A DNA stretch of 64,000 nt. Source: Bilabrum cf. latius (taxonomy: Eukaryota). The DNA lies in contig OZ237751.1 of assembly GCA_965178125.1 (NCBI GenBank), forward strand, positions 248,001 through 312,000, given 5' to 3'. Every line of letters begins with the position of its first letter. Position 1 is the first letter of the stretch. The notes beneath the pieces were generated by a model that saw only the letters and a list, made by a program, of their open reading frames with translations, searched no databases and was not told the DNA's origin. The position numbers and the translations under genes are program-made. Below are positions 27,174 through 38,400 of the stretch, in pieces.

Positions 27174-27577
27174 CTAGAGGATCTGAAGGCAAGTCGAGCA
27201 AGCTTCCAGACACAGTCGCAGGTCGTCCAAGCGTAGGAGGCGGCGATGACTAGAGGATCTGAAGGCAAGTCGAGCAAGCTTCCAGACACAGTCGCAGGTC
27301 GTCCAAGCGTAGGAGGCGGCGATGACTAGAGGATCCGAGTCGAAGGCAAGTCGAGCAAACTTCCAGACACAGTCGCAGGTCGTCCAAGCGTAGGAGGCGG
27401 CGATGACTAGAGGATCTGAAGGCAAGTCGAGCAAGCTTCCAGACACAGTCGCAGGTCGTCCAAGCGTAGGAGGCGGCGATGACTAGAGGATCCGAGTCGA
27501 AGGCAAGTCGAGCAAACTTCCAGACACAGTCGCAGGTCGTCCAAGCGTAGGAGGCGGCGATGACTAGAGGATCCGAG
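27103..27577 (+). repeat. Six-copy tandem repeat (76/81-bp units) of the last ~20 codons, stop codon and proximal 3' UTR of the BRWD-like gene
   Basis: Unit GAAGGCAAGTCGAGCAA(G/A)CTTCCAGACACAGTCGCAGGTCGTCCAAGCGTAGGAGGCGGCGATGACTAGAGGATC starts at 27109, 27185, 27261, 27342, 27418 and 27499. There are no unique spacers. Confidence 0.95.
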
Positions 27578-27734
27578 GCGTTCGCAAAGTAGCGCGTGCT
27601 CTCTTGGATCCCAAGTGGCCACGACTCTAAAAATAAATTTGGAAATTACATCAGCCTGCCTCAGTAGTGTTTAATCAACAAGCAAAAAAAAATGCATTGT
27701 TGCCGACACTCCCACCACCACGCGGCCGCTTGGC

Positions 27735-29510
27735 TTACGCAGCAGCGTCTGCACCTCGCAAGCTGGACTCCATGGCCCCAACTACGGATGCATCCGCTCC
27801 TTGCACTTTGACACCTCGCTCGATCTCGTCCCACAGATCACCCAGCTAGGGGGCTGCCCCCGGGTCCCCGCCTTCCTAACCAGGAGTAGAAGCGGAGCTA
27901 CCCTCGCTACTGCTGCCCTCCAACGGCTCCATGCTGCCCGGCATGCTAGCGTGTGCAATGCTTCCATCCTACTGGTCCAATCCCACTCCGGGACCCTGGT
28001 CCTACTAGTTGATCAGCTCGCTCTCCGCCTGCGTCTCCTCCTGCTCGTCCCTGGCCGCCTCGTCGCCAGCGCCCTGCTCCTCGGCCCGCTGCTGCTTCGC
28101 CTTCATTTCCTCCAAGTGAGCCTTTTCCTCTACCGAGAGATCGTACGAATCGGGGAGCTGAAGCCCCAGCTTGCCGTAGACTGCCTTGGTGAACTCGGGC
28201 CGGAAGGTAGAGTGCTTGGCCCGGCCCGAGATGGCCCAGGCCTCGCTCATCTTCTGCATCTCGTACTCCAGCTCCGGGTGCACCACGTTCAGCGTTCCGT
28301 TGTTCCTCGCCACTGTGGCGAGGCTGAACAGGATATCTTCGCCGTTCCAGCGGGGCCGGGCGTCTGCCTGCTCTTTCTCGAAACGCGGCGCCCACTTGAA
28401 AAACTCGCCTACGCTGAACGTTGGCGCCACCAGGATCTTCGTCAGCACGATAGGACAGCGGGAATACGGCCCTGTGTTGTACACTGAGTAAGGCGCTTCT
28501 CGTGTGGGCCACCGGCAGAACACTCCGTGGATCCTCTGCGACGTCGTGCGAGAGCGGCAATGTGCGGCAAAGCGAAAGGTCCACGAGAGTCTGAAAGAGC
28601 GCGGGCGATTAAGGGCTGGCAGTTCAGTAGCATGGTCTATTCAATCCCAATGGGCGGGGCTTCATCGATCGAGCAGCGCGCCACAGACGCAGTGCAAGGT
28701 ACCAGCGCAGGGACAATACTTTCTCCGCAAATCCCGTCCCAGCTCCCACAAGCGACGTCAAGGAAACCCAGGGATACTCTACACGGCTAGAAAGATTCAG
28801 AGAGCAAACATATTAAATAACGGCCTGGAACTCACGTCTGGCTGCTCCTTATAGGCAGTAAGAAGCCGATGCAACCCATGCCTCGGCAGCATGAGGTCGT
28901 CGTCTTGCACGAGCACTCTTGGTCGCTCTGAGAGCGCAGCAGCAGCAAAACGCTGGTGCAAGCCCAAATCCCGAGTGGAAGACACCAAGGTGATCCGCTC
29001 TGGGTCGGAAGCAACCACGTCCGACAGGGAATCTTCGTCTGGATTGGCATTCCAGATGATAATTTTCGGGACCAGCTCAGGCCACGCCAAGTAGTTTGAT
29101 ACAATCCTCCTAACAGCGTCCGGTCTCTTAAACGACATAAGAACCAAAGTTGCCCCAATATTCTCTGAATCGTCGACAATTGGCTGAGGCGGGGTGGCAC
29201 CGCATGACGAACCTAAACACGGAAACTCGATCACACGAGCGCCAATCAGAGCGCCAAACACGGACACAACCGAGGTCAATACTAATAATCCACATATTCC
29301 TGCATATTTGGCGCAGTGTATGATAGGTCCGAGCGTAGCTTGGGGGCACTTTGGCATGCTTGGTGCCATCGCCGCAGCTCCCGCTCCTAGCAGCCTCTCT
29401 CGTCCCCCTCGCCCCTCCTCAGAGTCAGATGCCACGGTTGGGGCAGCATTCAATGATACATTACTGCTTGCATTCCGTCTCAAAGCCGCTCCACTCGGAG
29501 CCTCGTCCAT
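27735..29510 (-). CDS. Glycosyltransferase family 64 (EXTL2/exostosin C-terminal-like), type II membrane protein
   Basis: N-terminal TM, TLVLMSFKRP, IIIWNAN, LHQRF, VLVQDDDL (DxD), PD|RIHGVFCR, YSRCPIVLTK, NGEDILF. Intron 28536-28835 (GTGAGT...CGCAG). Five in-frame TAGs in the tail (e.g. tandem 28005/28002); ends at TAA 27735-27737. Confidence 0.82.
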
Positions 29511-29645
29511 GCCCTGCTTGATTGCCTCAGCGATTCCCCACGATCCCCGCGCTTTCCGTTGAGGTTCCGCAACGGCAGCGATTCAAAGGTTGCAACCGCC
29601 ATCCGGGCGCCAACGGCAAAATCAGATCACGCCTCACTACACGCC

Positions 29646-31383
29646 ATGGTAGACGCCGAAACGTACTCATTTCGGCTAGAATGGCTCGACACTGTTGCAT
29701 CTCTCCGTAGATACTTTAAGCTGATCTACTTTGAGGGACCGAAAGGCAAGCAGAAGGATGAAATCCAGCTGGTCGACATGAAGTCGGGCGGCATATTCTT
29801 GAAGAGGATTAAGTGCCCCACTGTAGAACTTAAGCTTCTTCAGCCTGGAGCCAAAGTTGTGATGTGAGCAATCTTCCTCGGCTGTCGCACCCCAATATGC
29901 GCCACCGCCTAGTCTCCGAACACAGCTTGATCTGCTCCAGTGGCTCACTCCTATTACCCGCAGCTTTGGCCGCACAATGACAGTATTAGACTACGAAGAC
30001 ATGCACACAAAACGAAAGCTGCATTCGGAGCGCGAGAGAGTGTGCGCGGTTCTCTGCGGCACTGAAGCAGTACAGCAGGCGGCTGGCCACCTGATCGACG
30101 CGGGCGAGCGCGCCGGCCTGCGGCTGAGGAGAGCCCAGACTGTTTCGCTGTCGCGATCAGATGCATCTTCATTCGCTCGGGCATGCGGCAGCGCCGCAGA
30201 AGGCGCTTCGGGCCCCCGCCTTCCGCCAGCACCCTCGGCGAGCTCGCTCGCGGCCGGTGCCGGCGCCGCCTCCAGCACACCGACCGGGCTGGTGGTGGAA
30301 TTCGCAGGAAAGAACGCCACCGTGACCTTTGCAGATGCCGTTCGGTCCTCCTCCGCACTCGCCGCGCTCCCCGTCGGCGCCCTGGCCGCCGCCCAAGGCC
30401 CCTCCTCGGCCCAAGCCGCCCTGGCCCTGGTCTTTGGCGAAGAAGACGCTCCCCTGCCCGGCGGTGCGGACGAGAGCGTGGGAGCCGTGGGCGGCAGGGC
30501 CGCGCTGCCGCCCCCTGGTGTGCGACCCTCCGCCTCTGCCGCGGATCAGGACTCCTTCGCGAGGAGCAAGAGGCTGGCCGCAGGCTCGATGGGGCTGGCA
30601 GGGGTCGGGCCCGCCAGGCTCGAGTCGGCCCGGCGAGGCACCGGCAAGATGTCCCGGGGCTGCTGCGCCGCGATCGTGCTGCCACACCTGGTATCGGATG
30701 GGCAGTCCGGCGCGGCGCTGCAGGCCCTTCTGGACGGGGCTAGCACCAGCGGAGAAGGGAAGGGAAGCCTCGACCCAGCAGCGGACTCCAAGCCCGCGGG
30801 CCCGGCCCGGCTGACGGCCCTGTGCGTGATGGACCTGGACTCGGTCACGGCTGGGGAACACACGGAGGTGTACGAGGGAGTGCTGCCCATGCCCCGGTAC
30901 AGGGCAATGGTGGAGTCGCTGGCGGTAGGGCCCTGCATAGCCGTTGAGCTGTACGGGCCCGGCGCCGTCCGGCGCGCACGTGCGCTGTGCGGGCCCAGGG
31001 ACGTGGAAGCTGCCCGCCGCGTAGAATCGCTGAAGGGGACAGTGAGGGCCCGATTCGGGTTGGACGAGGCGCGTTGCGGGGTGCACGTGACTGACCTGGA
31101 GGAGGACGGGGAGGGTGAGAGCGAGTACCTGTTCGGGGTGTGCTGCGGCTGGGGAGAGGGCGAGGGCGAGGGCGAGGGAGGTGGACGGGAGGTGGCTGCG
31201 GGGGGTGCTGCTTATGCCTCTGGGGCTGGGGCTGGGGACACGCTCGGGAGGAGCGCAGCAACGGGTGGCCTTGGGGCCTCTAGAACGAGCGGTGGCTTGG
31301 GTAAGGCGACGGGAAGGGGCGGCGGGGCCGGTTGGGGCCGGCTGCCGGGAGAGTCTGCGGTCCTGGCTGAGCGGCCGTTCTGA
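29646..31383 (+). CDS. NME7: Nucleoside diphosphate kinase 7 (DM10 domain plus two NDK domains), flagellar/centriolar
   Basis: DM10 domain YSFRLEWLDTVASLRRYFKLIYF...FLKR...VI|FGRTMTVLDYED. NDK-B motifs EVYEGV, GPCIAVEL, RALCGPRD, GTVRARFG, VHVTDLEEDG. Intron 29864-29963. No in-frame TAG; ends at TGA. Confidence 0.88.
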
Positions 31384-32491
31384 TGCATGCTTGCCAAGAC
31401 TAGCGTTGTAGACATCATGTGTACTACCATCAATATATTATCAATCCTCACGACCGATTTCCGGCTCGGCCTGAGCTCCAGACACGCTGTGTCAGGAACA
31501 ACGTGCAGCAGATACTCTGGAGGCAAGGGTTCATAGCTAGAATGTTCAATAGAACATCTATATATATGATCCACTACAGTATTGCTCAGAAAGACCTGCA
31601 CGACACTATTTAGGCTAGGGCGGTGAGTCCTCGAGAAAGTAGTGCTTCTTTCCCACTCCGCATCCGTTTAAATTGATCTTGAGTCGATGTGTTCATATCC
31701 AAATGCTTATTATCAACCGAAGTCAACGGCTGTAATGATGCAAGTCCTTTGCTGATCTAGAATCTCCGTCTAGAATGCCGAATGGAACTTAAACCAGACT
31801 CAACACTGCAAACAGCACATTACATTGCCGAGAACACGGAGACGAGGATGCCGGATTTCACAAATAGAGTGGAACAGTACGCGTACTTGACGCTTTAGGT
31901 TGAGCTGATACCTCTCAAAAGACAGTGAGTACTACCTGTGAAACACAAACCAACACAGCCCTTTGATTCGGGCTAGTTCCATAGGATTTGTTGTACAAGG
32001 TCAAGGTCAACCTTGGATCCTCTTGACATGGCGAATAGACATGCGTTACAACAAAAATATGCATGCACGAGTTATTTGTATGTTCTGTGTGATACACTCT
32101 TGGGTCGAATCGCCTGGCGTTTTGCTCCGGGTGGTATTGGAACCGAAGGTACTTTGGATTGGATCCACGGCTGGGAGCCTTGAGAACGCTCATCCCTTGC
32201 GCTAAACGAAGAGGTTTTTGGTCTTCTATGGCACGGTTACAGCTATAAAGATACATATTTTAAACATTTTGCCTTTTGAATTTCAGTATGCTTAGCTGAA
32301 TCCGCCACGTTTGGGATTATTTTGGAATATGCGTGTCAAGGGTAGCAGGCAGCTGACATCCGACTCCGCAAGGTGCAGGATCGATACTATACTACCAAAC
32401 GATTTGGCTCTCCTCCAATAAACAAATCATCGCAGCATACTTAAGATCTTAAGACAGGAAATACACCAAAACAAAGAAAAGAAGGACGGAA

Positions 32492-35400
32492 ATGAGAACA
32501 GGAGTACTCGTCACCGTTCTCGTTCTCGCAATATACAGCAAGCCCACGTGGTGCTCCGCAGCGCCACCTAGCCCCTCTCCGGCCCCCTTCGGCTCCGTGC
32601 GCTCAGTCGTCGAGCTCGCCAACGGACTCAACGGAGTCCCGGCAGACCTCGTGCCTGCCAGTGGACAGCTCGGCGTCTCTCTCATCAGCATCGGCGACTG
32701 GGACGGTGATGGTGTGGCCGACATGGCCGCATCCGCGGCGTGGCTCAACACGGCCTACGTCATGCTCATGCACGCCAACCAGACCGTCAAGCGCGTCGTG
32801 AGCTGCGGGCCCGACGCGCCAGGATACGGGCATGCCATGCCAGGGGCAGGCCAGTGGTGGGGCCACGGGCTGGCGTTCGTCGGCATGGAGCCTCTGCCCG
32901 GACAGCCACATGTGACTGGCGTCCGTCTGCTGGTGACGCAATTCGTGAACGGCCACCTGTACGACCTGCTGCTGGCTCCCAACGGCACCTTCGCCAGATC
33001 CATCAAGCACTCCGGTGCGGACCTGGTGGCCGTGCAAGGCAACGACCTCACCGTGGCCGGCCGCATGGGCATCTCGGTGGCCAGCGCGGACGTGGATGGC
33101 GACGGCTTGGCCGATGTCATCCTGGGAGCGGACAGTCAGTTTGGCGCGGTGGGCGGCGTGTCTATCCTGTTCGCGGACCCGGCCGACCCCTTCAGCTTCT
33201 CCCACGCGGTGACCATCTCGAATGGCAAGAGCGGACTGCCAGCTGCCACCATCCCGGCCGGATCCAGGATGGGCTACACCGTGTCGTGGCTGGGCGCATG
33301 GGGCGATGGCACCAACGCGCTGGCCATCGGCGGCGGGCCGCACGAAGGTGCGAACATCGTGCTGCTGGTGGGCATGCATGCCAACGGCAGCGTGGCGTGG
33401 CAGCAGCCCATCGGCAGCGACACGGGCGGCATGCCGATACTCTCGCTGTCCACCTTGGGGTTCGGATCCGCCGTCAGCGCCGTGGATCTCGACGGCCAGG
33501 CCCCGCTGGACCTGCTCATCGGCGCCGCGGACTACAACACAGGCAACGGCAAGCTATACATGTGCGTGCTGAACCAGTCCAGCCGCCAAGTCACATCGCA
33601 CGTCGAGGTGTCCAACGGACAGGGCGGGCTGCCTGCATCTACCTACGCCAGCGGCGATGTGTTCGGCAGCTCCGTGGCGGGCGTGCTGCATCCGGTGTAC
33701 GACGGCGGCGATCGCGTGGTGTACGTGGGTGCGCGACATCGTGGGACACAGCAAGTGGGCTCTGTGTTCGCCATGACTGTGCGGGGCAGCACAGTGGTAG
33801 CGGCGTCGCCCAGCCCCAGCCCCACACCAAGCACGAGTCCGAGTCCATCTGTGACACCATCGCCCAGCACTACACCATCGCCCAGCCCCTCTCCGGCCCC
33901 CTTCGGCTCCGTGCGCTCAGTCGTCGAGCTCGCCAACGGACTCAACGGAGTCCCGGCAGACCTCGTGCCTGCCAGTGGACAGCTCGGCGTCTCTCTCATC
34001 AGCATCGGCGACTGGGACGGTGATGGTGTGGCCGACATGGCCGCATCCGCGGCGTGGCTCAACACGGCCTACGTCATGCTCATGCACGCCAACCAGACCG
34101 TCAAGCGCGTCGTGAGCTGCGGGCCCGACGCGCCAGGATACGGGCATGCCATGCCAGGGGGAGGCCAGTGGTGGGGCCACGGGCTGGCGCTCGTCGGCAT
34201 GGAGCCTCTGCCCGGACAGCCACATGTGACTGGCGTCCGTCTGCTGGTGACGCAATTCGTGAACGGCCACCTGTACGACCTGCTGCTGGCTCCCAACGGC
34301 ACCTTCGCCAGATCCATCAAGCACTCCGGTGCGGACCTGGTGGCCGTGCAAGGCAACGACCTCACCGTGGCCGGCCGCATGGGCATCTCGGTGGCCAGCG
34401 CGGACGTGGATGGCGACGGCTTGGCCGATGTCATCCTGGGAGCGGACAGTCAGTTTGGCGCGGTGGGCGGCGTGTCCATCCTGTTCGCGGACCCGGCCGA
34501 CCCCTTCAGCTTCTCCCACGCGGTGACCATCTCGAATGGCAAGAGCGGACTGCCAGCTGCCACCATCCCGGCCGGATCCAGGATGGGCTACACCGTGTCG
34601 TGGCTGGGCGCATGGGGCGATGGCACCAACACGCTGGCCATCGGCGGCGGGCCGCACGAAGGTGCGAACATCGTGCTGCTGGTGGGCATGCATGCCAACG
34701 GCAGCGTGGCGTGGCAGCAGCCCATCGGCAGCGACACGGGCGGCATGCCGATACTCTCGCTGTCCACCTTGGGGTTCGGATCCGCCGTCAGCGCCGTGGA
34801 TCTCGACGGCCAGGCCCCGCTGGACCTGCTCATCGGCGCCGCGGACTACAACACAGGCAACGGCAAGCTATACATGTGCGTGCTGAACCAGTCCAGCCGC
34901 CAAGTCACATCGCACGTCGAGGTGTCCAACGGACAGGGCGGGCTGCCTGCATCTACCTACGCCAGCGGCGATGTGTTCGGCAGCTCCGTGGCGGGCGTGC
35001 TGCATCCGGTGTACGACGGCGGCGATCGCGTGGTGTACGTGGGTGCGCGACATCGTGGGACACAGCAAGTGGGCTCTGTGTTCGCCATGACTGTGCGGGG
35101 CAGCAATGTTGCATCAGCTTCAGCAACGCCTACACCGAGTTCTACGCCGACACCGAGCCCCACGGCCAGTCTCAGCCCAAGTACCAGCCCCACGCCCAGC
35201 AACTCGGCCACACCAAGTACCAGCCCCACGCCCAGCAACTCGGCCTCACCAAGTACCAGCCCCACGCCCAGCAACTCGGCCTCACCAAGTACCAGCCCCA
35301 CGCCCAGCAACTCGGCCACACCAAGTACCAGCCCCACGCCCAGCAACTCGGCCACACCAAGTACCAGCCCCACGCCCAGCAACTCGGCCTCACCAAGTAC

Positions 35401-38400
35401 CAGCCCCACGCCCAGCAACTCGGCCTCACCAAGTACCAGCCCCACGCCCAGCAACTCGGCCTCACCAAGTACCAGCCCCACGCCCAGCAACTCGGCCACA
35501 CCAAGTACCAGCCCCACGCCCAGCAACTCGGCCTCACCAAGTACCAGCCCCACGCCCAGCAACTCGGCCACACCAAGTACCAGCCCCACGCCCAGCAACT
35601 CGGCCACACCAAGTACCAGCCCCACGCCCAGCAACTCGGCCTCACCAAGTACCAGCCCCACGCCCAGCAACTCGGCCTCACCAAGTACCAGCCCCACGCC
35701 CAGCAACTCGGCCACACCAAGTACCAGCCCCACGCCCAGCAACTCGGCCACACCAAGTACCAGCCCCACGCCCAGCAACTCGGCCACACCAAGTACCAGC
35801 CCCACGCCCAGCAACTCGGCCTCTCCAAGTACCAGCCCCACGCCCAGCAACTCGGCCACACCAAGTACCAGCCCCACGCCCAGCAACTCGGCCACACCAA
35901 GTACCAGCCCCACGCCCAGCAACTCGGCCTCACCAAGTACCAGCCCCACGCCCAGCAACTCGGCCACACCAAGTACCAGCCCCACGCCCAGCAACTCGGC
36001 CTCACCAAGTACCAGCCCCACGCCCAGCAACTCGGCCACACCAAGTACCAGCCCCACGCCCAGCAACTCGGCCACACCAAGTACCAGCCCCACGCCCAGC
36101 AACTCGGCCACACCAAGTACCAGCCCCACGCCCAGCAACTCGGCCAGCCCAAGCGCCACACCTAGCCCCTCTTCGGCCCCCTTCGGCTCCGTGCGCTCAG
36201 TCGTCGAGCTCGCCAACGGACTCAACGGAGTCCCGGCAGACCTCGTGCCTGCCAGTGGACAGCTCGGCGTCTCTCTCATCAGCATCGGCGACTGGGACGG
36301 TGATGGTGTGGCCGACATGGCCGCATCCGCGGCGTGGCTCAACACGGCCTACGTCATGCTCATGCACGCCAACCAGACCGTCAAGCGCGTCGTGAGCTGC
36401 GGGCCCGACGCGCCAGGATACGGGCATGCCATGCCAGGGGCAGGCCAGTGGTGGGGCCACGGGCTGGCGTTCGTCGGCATGGAGCCTCTGCCCGGACAGC
36501 CACATGTGACTGGCGTCCGTCTGCTGGTGACGCAATTCGTGAACGGCCACCTGTACGACCTGCTGCTGGCTCCCAACGGCACCTTCGCCAGATCCATCAA
36601 GCACTCCGGTACGGACCTGGTGGCCGTGCAAGGCAACGACCTCACCGTGGCCGGCCGCATGGGCATCTCGGTGGCCAGCGCGGACGTGGATGGCGACGGC
36701 TTGGCCGATGTCATCCTGGGAGCGGACAGTCAGTTTGGCGCGGTGGGCGGCGTGTCCATCCTGTTCGCGGACCCGGCCGACCCCTTCAGCTTCTCCCACG
36801 CGGTGACCATCTCGAATGGCAAGAGCGGACTGCCAGCTGCCACCATCCCGGCCGGATCCAGGATGGGCTACACCGTGTCGTGGCTGGGCGCATGGGGCGA
36901 TGGCACCAACGCGCTGGCCATCGGCGGCGGGCCGCACGAAGGTGCGAACATCGTGCTGCTGGTGGGCATGCATGCCAACGGCAGCGTGGCGTGGCAGCAG
37001 CCCATCGGCAGCGACACGGGCGGCATGCCGATACTCTCGCTGTCCACCTTGGGGTTCGGATCCGCCGTCAGCGCCGTGGATCTCGACGGCCAGGCCCCGC
37101 TGGACCTGCTCATCGGCGCCGCGGACTACAACACAGGCAACGGCAAGCTATACATGTGCGTGCTGAACCAGTCCAGCCGCCAAGTCACATCGCACGTCGA
37201 GGTGTCCAACGGACAGGGCGGGCTGCCTGCATCTACCTACGCCAGCGGCGATGTGTTCGGCAGCTCCGTGGCGGGCGTGCTGCATCCGGTGTACGACGGC
37301 GGCGATCGCGTGGTGTACGTGGGTGCGCGACATCGTGGGACACAGCAAGTGGGCTCTGTGTTCGCCATGACTGTGCGGGGCAGCACAGTGGTAGCGGCGT
37401 CGCCCAGCCCCAGCCCCACACCAAGCACGAGTCCGAGTCCATCTGTGACACCATCGCCCAGCACTACACCATCGCCCAGCCCCTCTCCGGCCCCCTTCGG
37501 CTCCGTGCGCTCAGTCGTCGAGCTCGCCAACGGACTCAACGGAGTCCCGGCAGACCTCGTGCCTGCCAGTGGACAGCTCGGCGTCTCTCTCATCAGCATC
37601 GGCGACTGGGACGGTGATGGTGTGGCCGACATGGCCGCATCCGCGGCGTGGCTCAACACGGCCTACGTCATGCTCATGCACGCCAACCAGACCGTCAAGC
37701 GTGTCGTGAGCTGCGGGCCCGACGCGCCAGGATACGGGCATGCCATGCCAGGGGCAGGCCAGTGGTGGGGCCACGGGCTGGCGTTCGTCGGCATGGAGCC
37801 TCTGCCCGGACAGCCACATGTGACTGGCGTCCGTCTGCTGGTGACGCAATTCGTGAACGGCCACCTGTACGACCTGCTGCTGGCTCCCAACGGCACCTTC
37901 GCCAGATCCATCAAGCACTCCGGTACGGACCTGGTGGCCGTGCAAGGCAACGACCTCACCGTGGCCGGCCGCATGGGCATCTCGGTGGCCAGCGCGGACG
38001 TGGATGGCGACGGCTTGGCCGATGTCATCCTGGGAGCGGACAGTCAGTTTGGCGCGGTGGGCGGCGTGTCCATCCTGTTCGCGGACCCGGCCGACCCCTT
38101 CAGCTTCTCCCACGCGGTGACCATCTCGAATGGCAAGAGCGGACTGCCAGCTGCCACCATCCCGGCCGGATCCAGGATGGGCTACACCGTGTCGTGGCTG
38201 GGCGCATGGGGCGATGGCACCAACACGCTGGCCATCGGCGGCGGGCCGCACGAAGGTGCGAACATCGTGCTGCTGGTGGGCATGCATGCCAACGGCAGCG
38301 TGGCGTGGCAGCAGCCCATCGGCAGCGACACGGGCGGCATGCCGATACTCTCGCTGTCCACCTTGGGGTTCGGATCCGCCGTCAGCGCCGTGGATCTCGA

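Noticed and set aside
27103-27577. CRISPR-like array
   Set aside because: The units are head-to-tail copies of the adjacent gene end with no unique spacers, there are no cas genes, and the context is eukaryotic.
31384-32490. Short ORFs or a mobile element/virophage remnant in the AT-richer intergenic regions flanking the FG-GAP gene (also 39020-39960)
   Set aside because: There are no recognisable domains in the frames I checked, even with TAG read-through, and I could not support terminal repeats or target-site duplications.
34054-36395. Long alternative-frame and antisense ORFs (KYQPHAQQLG, QVPAPRPATRPH, AELLGVGLVLG, PSCWAWGWYLV repeats)
   Set aside because: These are by-products of a stop-free 36-bp repeat. 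Only the S/T/P frame is continuous with the signal peptide and TM.
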